A stretch of DNA of 62,682 nucleotides, counting the filler, from Gonapodya sp. JEL0774 (taxonomy: Eukaryota): the NCBI GenBank assembly GCA_027604505.1. It is 24 parts of 24 records of this genome, joined end to end, with 100 filler letters (N's around TTAATTAATTAA, not from the genome) between each part and the next. Parts side by side here need not be neighbours in the genome. Positions count along the whole stretch, not along the records: positions 36,748 to 39,262 come from JADIIX010001872.1; positions 39,363 to 41,870 come from JADIIX010001873.1; positions 41,971 to 44,475 come from JADIIX010001874.1; positions 44,576 to 47,080 come from JADIIX010001875.1; positions 47,181 to 49,684 come from JADIIX010001876.1; 19 more parts are not named here. One strand, 5' to 3'. Under the pieces are notes generated by a model, which saw only the letters and a program-made list of their open reading frames with translations, ran no database searches and was not told where the DNA came from. Below, one piece after another: positions 36,825 through 49,784 of the stretch. The position numbers were made by a program, and so were the translations under genes. The first letter of the stretch is position 1; every line of letters begins with the position of its first letter.

Positions 36825-39148
36825 GTAATCATCACCGTCCCCAACGAGGCCCTCTTGTCCCCAATCACGTTCCACGCGTCTGAAAACACCCGTTCCGACT
36901 CTGCGCTTGTCCCTGGGATTCCTAAATGGTCCCGCGCCATCCTTTGGAGTCCTGGGAGGTCGTCCCGCCCCTTCCAGAATGCGAGCGGGTCTGTCTTCTG
37001 AGGCCGTCTGGCCTCCTCCAGGTACCGGTCCACCTCCCCTCGAACCTCCTCCTCGTCCTCCTCAAAAAAGTCGTTGCTGTCCTGTCCGCCAGCCTCCTGC
37101 GCGATGAACGGGACAGCATAATACTTATCGAATGTTTCCCTGAACACCTCCTCCGCCCTCCTCACATAGTGGTCCTCCCATCCCTTGTCCCGCATCCACT
37201 GAAGCTTGTATGCCGGATGGAGAACTAGGAGAAGGGGGTGATATTGGACGGGAAGGGAGGATCACAGAATCCAACAGGCACTTACCTAGGCATATCATGT
37301 ACATCCTCGAATCGTCTGTTTTCCCGTAGTACTTTCGAAGTACTTCCAGGATCCCATCCCGGACGTCTGCAAGTCCGGGACTGTCCTCGAACTCCATGTC
37401 CTCCAGCTTGTCCATCAGTCCATTGAAGATTGGGATAATGGATATGAGGGTGGGGTAGTGTGTATCCTCGACCCTGCTGAGCGCACGCGCCATGGGCTGA
37501 ACAGGGGGGCAGATGTCCAGATGTCGGCGGCTGGATTTAAAAGCAAATTGGCAACTCACTTCGAGCAAAGTTCTAACGTGCTCTAGATAGGTCCACTCCA
37601 GTTCCACCAGCTTCCAATCCCGGAGCGAGCGGTCAGAAGCAAGAAGCTTCTCAACCGCCATCCTGTCCGCCAGGAATCTGTTGATGGCGTTGAAGTCTGA
37701 GAGCCATCGCGTCCCAACAGGAGCCACCATCTCCCTCGCCATTGATGGGTCGGCAAACTGCGAGGCATAGAGCGCTCGCAGTTGAGGGGAGTGGCGGACC
37801 TTGAAGATTAGGCTGTAGACCTGGAGAGCAGACATTTAGGTTAGGTAGATTATGTAAGTGAAAACGTAAATCAATAACACTCACTTTCTTGAGGATGTTT
37901 CAGTCCGTGATGTCCAGTCCATCCTCGTCTGTGTCCACGTCTGGAAGCTTCAGCTTCCCAAGTCCAGCTCGCACCGCAAGGTGGAGGATGTGCGCAAAGC
38001 ACCGGATCCGCAACTCAACTGGGTCAAAGTCCGGTGCCACGTGCACGTCCTGTCCAAGTGCCCTCATCATGGTGTCGTTGTTGGTGGCATTGTCCATGAC
38101 GCAGGCTATGAGCTGTGCGGAACAAGAGGTGACAACCAGTCAAACCAAACTAGCCACCGCAGATAGGTCTCGCTCACCTTCCCCAACAGTCCCCGTGATG
38201 CCAGTGATGGTCCAAAGTGCGCCGCAATGTTGGTGCCGCTGTGAGGACCCTTGATATGGACAAAGTCCAGAAGAACGGACCTCATGGTCCAGTCCTGCCC
38301 AACCCAGTGTCCTGTGACGGCTAGGAAGCTATGCCGCTGGTCTCTTGAGCTCCAAACGTCCATTGTGGCGGCAAGGCGACTGCAATCGTCCTAACAGAAT
38401 GTCTAGTGTGCTTGTTGGGAGCTGTCAAGACGAAAATAACCGCTTACCTGCAGCATCCCGTCCAGAAGTGCTCTGACCCTGGCAACCTCCTTGGGGGCAT
38501 CTGCTCGGAGCATGTCCGGGGAAATTCTTGGCAACTCCGGGTTCACAACGTCCAACAACTTCAGGAACCACTCGTTGGAGGGTTCTGAGAGAGGCTGGTC
38601 AGAGGCCGTGACCCAGTCCAGCATCCGGTCCCGGAAGAGTTCACCATTGAAGCTCTAAAAGAATGGGTGGAGAAGCTAAAAGTGATAGAACTGTGGAGAC
38701 GGGAGACTCACAAGTGCGGTTTCCCGCTTCCGCTTCATGTCCACAAGAGTCAGCTGGTCCATAAGCGGATTCTTGGCCTTAGCGAGGCTCTTGAGGACAG
38801 CGGGATCTGTGATGGTCTCGGCGTGAAACTTCTTGGTGTGCACAGCGTGCTGCAATGTCGAGTTGTTGAGTGTCATGTCGTATCTAAAGAGTAGCAGTAG
38901 CCAGCAATCCACTAGAATCAACACAACAAATACACTCACTCATGTCCTTTGCATCCATTGTGCCCCTTTTGCAGGCAAATTGCCCGCTTCCTGTTTCCCC
39001 ACTCCTGTTTCAGCCAATGTCCCTGCCAAACCCATGAATCCTTCCTCCGGCCTGTACCCGGTCGGAAGTAGTCAATCCATCCCTCAACAGGTGCGGCGTT
39101 GTTTGTGGGATTGGCTGGTGGAGCCTCGTCCACCCCGATTGCGGCCAT
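36788..39148 (-). mobile_element. hAT-superfamily transposase gene, spliced
   Basis: BED-finger-like SWVW..C..C..H..H, catalytic MDVWSS and [21 protein letters not shown], and dimerisation domain DPLAFWK..MARDHLGIPGTSAESERVFS. Confidence 0.95.
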
Positions 39149-39861
39149 TGGTGTGTTGGGCGGGTTATACTCGCGAGTTCGGCACCAATCAACTCGTACT
39201 CGTCTTATTTTCTGTAACCCCAACTCAACTCATACATGCGAGTTTACTCGCCCCAAGTAGGCNNNNNNNNNNNNNNNNNNNNNNNNNNNNNNNNNNNNNN
39301 NNNNNNTTAATTAATTAANNNNNNNNNNNNNNNNNNNNNNNNNNNNNNNNNNNNNNNNNNNNCGCTAATCCGCTCATTCTCTTGATTTTGTGAAGGAAAT
39401 GTCTTGACGGGAGCAAATAAAATCGTGAGATCAGAAGACGAAAATGGAGCTAAAAGGGATGGCACCTGAAGTCAATGGGTCCTTGTCGTCTTCCTCACCC
39501 GAAGACGAGCTGAACACTATACAATCCAGTTCACATGATTTTGTTTCTAGCGCTTCCTGCATCAGCTCTAGCAAAAGGAAGTTCCCAAATCCTGAAGAAC
39601 ATACCACGATGTGGACTAGACCAATGCAAAATGCTCATTACAGTAACTATGCGCTTGCAGTGCCTGCAAACAATATGTACATTCGATAAGAAAACTAAGA
39701 AAATGTGAGCGAGCTACACGCAAGGTATACCATGTCCCGGCCCCAGAATATTGACAGCGACACACAATACACAGTCCCAAAGACGTAGTGAATGCCCTCG
39801 TGACGGTTCAATCGGCCGCTCCTTTGAAAGAGTATTCGCTCCAGAGCGGGAAGGGTTTGTT

Positions 39862-41870
39862 CTAGGTCCTTCCCGCCCCACCCTTTCCAACCACGATAGG
39901 AGCCTGCACTCCCCAGCTGCCCCTTCCAAGTTCTTCTGCGAGCCCAAGTCCACTCTTGGCCTGCAAGTCCAACACCATGAGCCTGTCCCCACCGGTCCAC
40001 TCTATCCCAGCGCTCGTCACTTGCTCGAACCCTTCCCGACCATAAAACCCCAAAGTCTCTTTGACGCTCACAAGCATCACTCCCCTCCGCGTCCGCGAAC
40101 GCGCAGCTTCCGTCAGCCGTGCGAGCATCCAGGACCCCAAACCGCGGCCTTGCCACGCACTGTGCACACAAAGATACTGTACGAATAAGAAACCACGCAT
40201 GAATGTTCGTTCACAGACCGCGATGGGCTCCTCTCGATGAGGGGGGTTGGGTGTGATGGCGAAGGGAGCAACCTCCCCATTTGCGGTGGCCGTCTCCACA
40301 ACAGATGCGGCGACAGCCATCTCTGCTTCTGTCATTGGTGTTGATAGGACCACTACGTCGAGCATGAATCCGTCTTCAACGATTCTCTGCTCTAGATCCT
40401 CAGCATCCCCCACATCCAAATCCCTTTTTAGCATTTCGATTCTCATGAGCCCCGCAGCTCGCTTCAGCAAGTCCTTGTGAATGGCAACGTCTTCCGGTGT
40501 ACGTATTGTAACGGTAGTAACAGTCGATGATGCATATGAGGGCGAGGAGAGGTTCGTGCTGGACAGATTTGTGGTACTAGCGTCACGTGTGTCTCCATCT
40601 GAACTCGCAGACTTCCCCGCCACAGCGGAATACGCTGCAGCAGCAAGCCGTCGAACGATCCTCGCAGCTCCTATCGGATATGGGCTCGATGCATGAATCT
40701 TGGCCCTCCTTACAGCGGACGGTGTCGATACAGCGGTAGTTGTCGGCCCACCACCAGTTTGGGCCTTCCCTCCTTTCTCAAACTGAGTAATCGCATGTCT
40801 CTTGAATCCCTTCACTCCCGCGGCTGGTAAGGGTGGGTCCATGGATGCGGGTTCGAGTTTCGTTGGTATGGGTACCGGCTGCGTAAACCACGGAGATGAA
40901 AGGTAGGTGGTTTGGTCTTCTTCTTGGTCGAGGTCCGGATCCAAAGTGTCGGTGAGGAAAAGAAGGTTGCCAAGATTTTGTCTGGGGTTTTGAAGCCCAA
41001 GGGTGCACACTTTCAGTATTGCAAAGAGAAAGTGTGGAATCAGTACGACCCAATTCAAATCAATATTTGACCAAACGAAACCAAACTCACGTCTCCTCTC
41101 CTTCATAACTTTCTTCATCCTTCCCAATCTCACCTCCTTGTCCCATTTCTTGACTCGTTCGGCCTTCACATCTGGCGCTTTCGGTCCACCACCGAGCACT
41201 TGAGACGAGTGCCAGGATTTTCGTCCTCGTACCGAGTCACCCTTTGATATGGAAGGACGCCGGAGATGTGGCGCAGAGGACGATATTGGAGAAGGGGGAG
41301 TCTCGAGGGACAAAGGGAGCGACTGGGAATACCCCGACGAGGGCTTCGTAGAGATGCTGAGCTGGCTCATATCTGCCTGCACTGCCGCCGCGGCCGCATC
41401 GTCCCCGAGGCTCGAGTCTGCCACAGACACCATACTCCGTATCGATCCACTCCTGCTCATGGTGGTGCTGATACTGACGCTCCAGGACCTGGCCGTGCTC
41501 GTGCTCCGGCGACGGTCTCTGCGGCGCACTTCGGGATCGAACTCGTCGTCGGCTGCTACGGTGGGTTCGGACTCGATGGAGCGTTGAAGGTCGGCGAAGG
41601 AGGAGGCGACGTTGGCGAGCAGTTCGGTTTGGGTCGTACCTTGGAGTACGAGATGGGTATCGAAAGCTGAGGAAGAAGTGGACCGGGTATAAAGAACACG
41701 CGAGCAGAAATAAATGCTTCGACAAATAAAATGTACTTGTGTCGCCCTCATTCGAACTTACTTGCATACTCCCCTCTCCTCGCCTCGATAATCTTATTCC
41801 TGGTCCCTCGCCTGTCCCCATGGCACTGCTCAACCAAAAACTGTCTCCGAGATTCAACATCTTTGATTTG
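39862..41870 (-). CDS. GNAT-family acetyltransferase domain protein with a long disordered N-terminal region, 5' truncated
   Basis: C-terminal LFVQYLCVHSAWQGRGLGSWML (acetyl-CoA motif A) and LGFYGREGF (motif B). Confidence 0.85.
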
Positions 41871-41970
41871 NNNNNNNNNNNNNNNNNNNNNNNNNNNNNN
41901 NNNNNNNNNNNNNNTTAATTAATTAANNNNNNNNNNNNNNNNNNNNNNNNNNNNNNNNNNNNNNNNNNNN

Positions 41971-42228
41971 CCTTCCCGCCTTATTCTCGAGCGCGATGTC
42001 TACCCGACGTTGACCAAGGGTCTTACTCAACTTGCAAAGGAGAAGCCCGCCAATGCAACGGTGATTTACCCCTTCGTTAAGCCATACCTTTCAATTCAAT
42101 GATTGATCTTCTGCGTCTCATGGGCTCCTGGCGAACTTCTGCAACCCTTATAAACAAAGCAATGGCTTGGCCGATGGCTACTCGCAAACAATCCAAACCA
42201 GCCGAGGATTGAAGAAGCTCCGAAATGA
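41971..42228 (+). CDS. NME5: C-terminal Dpy-30 domain of NME5/RSP23, the radial-spoke nucleoside diphosphate kinase homolog
   Basis: Spliced LERDVYPTLTKGLTQLAKEKPANAT-QWLGRWLLANNPNQPRIEE* matches the NME5 tail (PTL..GL..L.K.KP.....WL..WLL.NNPN.P). Confidence 0.82.
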
Positions 42229-42464
42229 TCCTTTTTCCTAGCCAGAATATGTTTCATTGTATTTGTGTATGATGGGGGGTTCTAGTAGGAGCATACAGAC
42301 TCTTCCTTTCCATTGTTATTTCGCAAGTGTTCGCACTGCCGTGTACGTTAATCCCTGACGCAAGTTTCTACATGAGAGCAAATAAACTGGGCGGGTGCAA
42401 CGGAAATCTGGCACAATGGGCACATTTACAGAAGTTACGAACCGGCAAGTCGGTGTTCATACCA

Positions 42465-44475
42465 ATGAATGCTATTTCATCGCGCAGCGGGCTTGATCCC
42501 GACGAAGATCTGATCAATATCTTTCCTCAACTCTACAGATGCGGAACCCTCTGTTTAATCAGTTTCTTTGGCTTCTTGCTGTATTCTGTTCGTGAGTTCT
42601 CTTCACAGTCTCAGCACACACAGGAGGAAGCTCACACCTGAATTATTCCAGCGACTTTGATTGTCTTTGTGTTTTATCGGAATGACTGTTCGTGTGGTAT
42701 TGCAACGGACACTCAACCGCTCATTTGAATTGTTTGCCAGAACTCCACTTATGATAGACACGATCAAAAACCGGTCATTCTGGATAATTACGGTACAGTC
42801 TTTCGCCAATATTTGTATGGTGTTGGCGGTTTTTATGAGTGAAATGGTGAGTTTACGTGCAAGTGCAACAGCGTTGAAGCTTGCGAGGTCCATTGCGTGG
42901 GAATCTGCTTAGATTCACCTTCCTTGCCCGAGCTTCCCTTACTTTCTATGCACAAATCTGGGTAAGCTTATTGTTTTTGGTCATTCTCCTGCTCTACGTC
43001 TGGCTCAATATCATCATTTGCGTCAGCTCTTGGCATTCTGGTGTACTGCCTAGCCATTCGTGCAGTCTTTGTTTATGCTCGCCTCAGGATCAACCAAGGT
43101 TTGCTGGATCAGTTTGACCAGCAGTCTAAGAGATGGTTACCAAGTTTCAACAGTGTGTCGAACTTCGGAAAGAAGAGGCATGATGTTTTCTCGAGTGGTT
43201 CCCAAACACACAACCGTATCCAGTCAAGTTTCTTTCTTCGGAATCGGGTAGATAAAAGAATGGAATGCGCTCAATTGATCAACACTGAGGTCTTATCGGC
43301 ACATAGGATAGATTCACCGAGGAGTACATGTTGAAGCTCATCGGCATTTTCGTTGCACTTTTGCTGGTTCCAATTCTCGCAGTCGCTCTCAACGTTGGGG
43401 ACGCCAGTTGTCCTCCAAACCAAGGATTTGGTCCCGATTGGATGATTGTCAAAGTCATTCTTCTGATTTTCTTTATGATTGGGCCAGCTATCGCTGTCGG
43501 TCTGCGTAATTCACACGGTATTTATGGCGTTTTAAGGGACTGAGTTTCTTTAGTACTAATGATATTATGTGCTCCTTCACTTACTATCAGATGGTCACAG
43601 TATCCGGAAAGATCTCATTTTATCCTGCGTGACCGGGGTACCTCTGTTTGTTGGATATGTTGTATGGTTCCTGGTTGATGTGGAGATCAAGCTCGGCAAG
43701 GCAATTCTCGCATACTGGAGTTCGGCCATTTTCGTTGTTCTCTGGGCTTTCTGTACTCATACGACGGCGGTTGTTGTGCCACTCTTTGTGGTGTTGAAAA
43801 ACAGGCTTAAGCGACGCCATGAGCCCCCAAGTCAGTTGAGCCTTGATGATGCAAGCTTTTGGCAACTCATCATCCGAGGGGGGAGGCCTTGGAAAGAGTT
43901 TAAAGATTTTGCGGTCAGAGATTTTTGCGGTAAGCACCTCAAGACTTGGATTTGTTCCTCGACTGATGTTGTGTTTGCGGAATCACCAGTTGAGAACGTT
44001 GTAAGCGACCCCGTTTGGCACATCCTGGGAAGACATTCATTTCAACCACGAAATAGCTTTTCATTGAAGACATCCAATCCTTGCATGAAGAGACTGCACG
44101 CGCTCTTCAAGACAAATGCGGGCCTGATCTAACAAGTCACCAAAGTTTTGGAGCCAGCGATCCTTCGAAACCAAGTCTCGCGACGGAACCGATAACACGT
44201 TACTCCCATCCTTTCTGGATTGACCGACTTCCAAAGTTCGCAGGCGAGCTTCCAATTCCAACTGAGCTGCTGGGTCGATGGCGGAAACTAGCGCTGCTTT
44301 ATGTGGGAGATGACGCTCCCTCACAGCTCAACCTGCCAAGTCGTTTGGTGACAGAAGTGGAAACTAAGGTTGGTCTCTATTTGGACTTGTGTTTTATATG
44401 GACCTCCGTTTCTGCGTGTTGCCCACCGTTTCCCCGGGCCATAGCTCGGCGCCGACAGAATCACAATTGCCACGT
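42465..44475 (+). CDS. Multi-pass (7TM-like) membrane protein fused to an RGS domain, 3' truncated
   Basis: Several hydrophobic exons (IKNRSFWII, DGHSIRKDL, HTTAVVVPL) precede RGS motifs FKDFAVRDFC-ENV-F and YVGDDAPSQLNLP. Confidence 0.85.
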
Positions 44476-44575
44476 NNNNNNNNNNNNNNNNNNNNNNNNN
44501 NNNNNNNNNNNNNNNNNNNTTAATTAATTAANNNNNNNNNNNNNNNNNNNNNNNNNNNNNNNNNNNNNNNNNNNN

Positions 44576-46347
44576 CCCCACCAAATGATTTACCAACTGA
44601 TCTTATACCTAGACATCATCGCCCAAACCGAATCGGCTTGGTCTTATACGCGGACCGGCCGCCTTCTGCAAGGCAGACCGTAATCCGGCGACCATTCACC
44701 GCTCTCGACCAAGCAATTTCCTGGCTCGACCAAATCGCAGACCCCAAAAGCGCTTTGTATATGAGAGGTGGTGCTCTAAATAATGCTGTCGTAGACGGCT
44801 TGGTCGCTGCGCTCGAGCTCTTTGAGAAACAGCGACGAAGACGTCCTTCAGATCCCACCCCCACACGGCACGTTCTCCTGATAGCATGCAACCCAGGACT
44901 GTATTGTGTTGCAATGGAAAACTTGATGGATGAGTTCGATGGTTATGGATTGGTGCAGATTAGGAATCACATGAAACAGAACCGGATCCATCTATCCGTG
45001 GTTTTAACTCAACGGGGAATCCAAGAGCTGGAAGAATTGCCGCCGCTGGTGAGTAAAACTTTCATGCGATAGCTCCCTCAGTGTTGCGTCATCCTCTCTG
45101 CAGGTCAACAAAGACTTGATCCAACTTCGCGATATCAAACTAAATCCTCCACTTCAGAACTACGTAATCCGGATGGCGGGATTTGATTTGCCTGTCTGTG
45201 CGTACTGCGTTCTCAGGCTCATGCAAATGTGCCTAAGCAGGTCTCTCTCACATTCTAAATAAATTTTTCCGGGCGCCAGCGAAACCCAAAACTCCAAGCG
45301 CTACTCCTAGCTTTTCGCCCACTCCTGGCTCCAATTCTCGACTCTCTCGCAACGATGCGACCATCACTCCCGGCAGGCTCCACGCCCACGCATTGTCCCC
45401 CAGTGCCGCCACCGTACAAATGCTTCAACAAACACTAACAGGCAGAGTAAATGCGGCACAGCAAGCGGGAGTAGCAAGCATGCATGAAGAAATGGCCGCA
45501 ACTGCTGCAAGGGCGCCACAGCGAGGGACTGGAGGAGCAGTGGGAGGTGTATCGCCGCTGTTGGGAACAGGCCAGGCCCCTGGACCCACCCGACTCAAGG
45601 CACCGATGGCCGCCAATCCACCTGTTGGAATGTCGGCCGGGGGGGGATTGCATCCTCCGGTAGCTGCAAATCCACCATCAATGAATCCAACTCCTCCGGA
45701 GGTCCTTTGGTCTGGGGAGCTCCAGATCGGCAGCTTGTCTGTCTCTGTCAATATCATCGCTCAAGGTTTCCGTGATGTTCCCAAGCTCCCATTTGCCTCC
45801 TATGGTTCCGTTTCGTGGCCTCGACCTCTTGTAGTGACAGGATTCGCAGGCAAGATAAACAGTTCTGATATGAAGCAATTGGTGCAAAGTGGAAAGTTCC
45901 CTTTACTGCGAGTGTTTCCGAGCAAGGGTCAAGATACAAAGTTGAAGGAGGCCCTGAGCATCAGGCTGAGCAGCGGAGTATGTTTTGCATGCAACCGTCA
46001 GTTCATTGATTATGCATTCACTCGACTTCTCTAGACCGCTGTTATAAAGCTACCTGGTCTGGGAAAAGCCCTTTGGCTTTTCATTGCCGGAAGCCAGACC
46101 AATTCAACCATCATAATGGGCTGTTTGGTTCCGGGCGAAACGCCGCCTCCTGTGCAGACGAATCCTCTGGCGGTTGTTAATTCTCACATTACTCAGGGTG
46201 GAACGAGTGGAAACGCCCAAGCGGTAAGTCCATTGATGCTCACTACCTCGCGCGACGTGGATCACGAACATTCTCCACTTCACTTCGAAGGTCGCTATTC
46301 AACAATTATATTTGCAATCACAACAACCACCGCACCAACAGCACTAG
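44576..46347 (+). CDS. MED25: Mediator subunit 25-like protein (VWA plus ACID-like domain), 5' truncated
   Basis: GLVLY..FT....ISWLDQI..MRGG....VVDGLVAALELF..RHVLLI matches the Med25 VWA domain. VLWSGEL..WPRPL matches the ACID/PTOV start. The protein ends in a Q-rich tail. Confidence 0.75.
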
Positions 46348-46661
46348 GGTGCACAGGATCTACCTACTAAGTGTAAAATGAATGATATGGCACGATCAAT
46401 CATTTATCTCAAGTTGGTTTTGTAGTACAATTGCAAGTTCGTTGTCCAGATCAAGACCTGAAACAGTCTAGCCCGCACTCCCTGTTGTGAAGGTTGTGAA
46501 GTCCGGTGCTTAGTGACAGTAACCGGTAACCCGACGCAATTTTTGCAGTACCGATTTATTGGTAGTTGTTGGTTGGTTCTGTGGGCTGTGGTCAACAATG
46601 CACTGGGTGAAATCAGTGCTCACCTGGCTTCCCATCCCTTCCTCTCTGATTATTCGACGTG

Positions 46662-47080
46662 ATGAAGATACCGGAGGGCAAGAAACCTCCTGGGCGGAAA
46701 CTTGCATCTCCGGTACGCGCCATTCGGGACAATCCTTGTTGACCTTTGCCTTCGTTTCTCGTGTGTTCTAACCGCAGACTGTCTGCATGCCGGCTCCTGT
46801 CCTACTATTGCTCACCCTGCCAGCCCCCAGAGATTAAATCTGCCGTCGAAAAAATAATTTCTTCCAATGACAATGCATTGCCATTCACTCTTGATTCGCT
46901 TCGTGAATTTCCTCTGCCTCGTTCGGACCTCCACCACTGGATACCCGTGCTCAATCGGCTTGACACCGTGCTTGAGGACGCTGCGAAACATCCGCATGAA
47001 TTTACGGAACAGGAAAAACGGTCGGTGATCGCGGCGTTGAGGTTCTCGCTTACGGTGTGGGACAGTTCGACAAATCGAGG
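46662..47080 (+). CDS. TOM1: HUWE1/TOM1 HECT E3 ubiquitin ligase, N-terminus only
   Basis: PRSDLHHWIPVLNRLDTVLE and LRFS....STNR, typical of the DUF908 region. Confidence 0.88.
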
Positions 47081-47458
47081 NNNNNNNNNNNNNNNNNNNN
47101 NNNNNNNNNNNNNNNNNNNNNNNNTTAATTAATTAANNNNNNNNNNNNNNNNNNNNNNNNNNNNNNNNNNNNNNNNNNNNCTCTCACGGCGGTCACGGCG
47201 GTCACCATGGTGTGCAGAAGATGGTGACGGTGTTTGAAAAGGACCCTAGGTTCGGACGGCCATGTGCATGCTGGGTGCCGGGGGTGGCGGGGTTGTTGGC
47301 GAAGTAGAGCGACGCGGCGAAAAACCACGTGTAGTAGAAAGATGCGTGCAATGTATTATCCCGTCTTCACCCGCCCCCATACACCGTTCAAATCTCCCCA
47401 CTCGACCCTACAACCCCATCCACCCCCCCTAACCCTCATCCGCCCCCCATCTACCACT

Positions 47459-49078
47459 CTACTCCCGCCTTCCCCTTCCTCTCCCCCCGCCAAACGACGC
47501 GCCGGGCACCACAGGCGCGGCGACGGTGGCCTCGGCCACGACGACGCCGGGGAGGTCGTCGAAGCCGAGGGATTTGAGGAGGGACTGGGGAAGAGGGGAG
47601 AGGAAAGAGGGAAAGGGGGAGGAGAGGAGGGTATTGGTTGGATAATACCGAGACGTCAGACGGGTCCTCTGCGTTCATCTGTCCTCCAGGACGAGACGCT
47701 CCGTCTCGGCGGGTTATCATTGGCATGCTGCGCTCCTGAAGCCCCGCGGTGATTGCCTTGCTCGAGCGAGCACGCCACTCCCAAAAGCTCGCATGGTGCC
47801 CCCCATGTGGCTCCCGGTCGGTCCCTCCAATCGCGCCAGCTCCCGACCCCCGAACCCCGCCCACCCAACCCACCTGGGTCTCCCTATCGACCACGACGCC
47901 TCCCTCTGCGCTGAGTGCCGACACCTCGGGCACGTAATTGTCCTTCTTTTCCCTCTCTTCTTCTTGGAGTTTGAAGGAGATGCCGCGGACGGGACCGAGA
48001 GCGATGCGTTTCATGAGGTGGGTGGTGAAGCCGGCGATTTTGTTGCGGAGGCGCTGGAGAGCGAGTCGACGGGGAGTGGAGGGAGTGTAGGAAGTCGAAT
48101 TGGAGGTCAGTACATACAATACACACAGCACCACCCTTCCCAAAACACACAACGGCACGAGTGGAACAGGTGAGAGGGGTGTCTGGACGGGTGGGTGGAA
48201 GGGGTGTTCCCCCGTTGCACGACGGGACGCGACGCGGGGGCGAAACCACCTCGACCTCGACCTCGACCCTCGACGTCCCACATCCCACGAGCCCACGAGC
48301 CCACAGCCCACGGAAAGTGGGGAGCGGAGTGGTGTGGTGTGGTGCATGCCAGGGAAGTCCGTCGTGCGTCTCTCCGCCAAACCCGATTCCCCATCGTCAG
48401 TACCCTCGGACCCGTCCCACCGTCCCGCCGTCGCACCATCCCATTAAAGACCCCATTAACCTCCACAACCCCCACCCCGATCCCGGCTCCAACCAACCTT
48501 GCTGGCGACGATGGTGACCTCGCCGATCCTCCTCTTGTTGGTCTGGAAGTCTGTCGTGAGGGTGGGGTAGTACTTTTCAATGAGAACGCGGGAAGCCTTC
48601 TTGACGGTTTTAGTGCGTACGCGACCCTAAGGGGAGGGGAGAGGGGAGGGGTGTGTTGTGGAGTGCGGGTGAGATGGGGAAGAACGGGACAACTCGACTG
48701 TGTGTTCCATGAGTTTCCGCTGCCTCTGAGTCTCCATCGTGTGTGTCCATGTCCGTGTCCGTGCGCGCCCTTCACGCTGTTCCCGTCTCGCCTTCCGCCC
48801 CCTGTGTCCCCTTGTCCCCGTGTGCCCGTGTTGCCCCTCCAACCCCCTCCGTCCACATCCATCCACCCCTTCCCTTCCTCTTCCCGTCTCCGGGTCCATC
48901 TTATGCGACTCTGCCTCTGCCACTCTCCTCCCGCACTTCCTCACCATCTTTGCTGTTGTCCTTCAACCTTGTTGCCGATGGCCCTGGTGCGGGGGAAAGG
49001 GACCGTGCGTGGGACTCGTGACCACAGCACACCACCCAGCTTTGTTCCTGTGCTGCTCCCAACTCGCACAGACACCAT
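47459..49078 (-). CDS. RPS17: 40S ribosomal protein S17 (eS17), four exons
   Basis: Exons 49076-49078 (ATG), 48498-48626 ([20 protein letters not shown]), 47874-48053 ([33 protein letters not shown]) and 47459-47584. Confidence 0.97.
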
Positions 49079-49470
49079 GCCTTCGACTCTATACAATGTT
49101 CATATAATATTTACGAAGTAAAGTTTGAGTCCCGGTGTTGGTGCCTCCCCATTGTCATCACTCCTCAACCAGAACATCCATGCTGTGCTGTGCATGCAGA
49201 AACAGAAACACAGAAACACGGGCGTCACTTTATTCCATCCATCCATAAACACACGACTCGGTATTGTACTGTTTTTGCATTCGGTCTCTATCTAGAAACT
49301 GGTACTCTTGATTTATGTAATCGTGGGGTGTCGACGGCAAGACCGACGCGCTTCAACTCTGGCCCCTCGCCAACAACTCCATTCATACCGCACCCCACGT
49401 TTCATTTCCACCGAAACACATTTCGTCCACCGCCTTCCCTTCCCTCCACCTTCCCCACTCTCTGCTCCAG

Positions 49471-49684
49471 ATGGTCCGCTCCTCCTCCTCCGTCGTGAGT
49501 CCCTCCCGTCCCTCATTCCCCCGCTCTCCACCAATCCCCACCCACCTCCCTTCACCCCTTTCCCCCCACACAAGAACCTCACCCCAGACTCCGTCCTCGC
49601 CATATTCATCCTCGACTCCGACGGCAGACGCATCCTCGCAAAGTACTACCCTGCCCATCCCACCGCAACCGGGTCAGCTCAGAT
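49471..49684 (+). CDS. RET3: Coatomer subunit zeta, N-terminus, divergent from RPS17
   Basis: SVLAIFILDSDGRRILAKYY is the longin-fold start typical of zeta-COP. Confidence 0.85.
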
Positions 49685-49784
49685 NNNNNNNNNNNNNNNN
49701 NNNNNNNNNNNNNNNNNNNNNNNNNNNNTTAATTAATTAANNNNNNNNNNNNNNNNNNNNNNNNNNNNNNNNNNNNNNNNNNNN

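Noticed and set aside
47451..48380. 309-aa ORF as an extended ribosomal protein
   Set aside because: It is read-through of RPS17 introns around exon 3. The spliced model gives a normal-length eS17.
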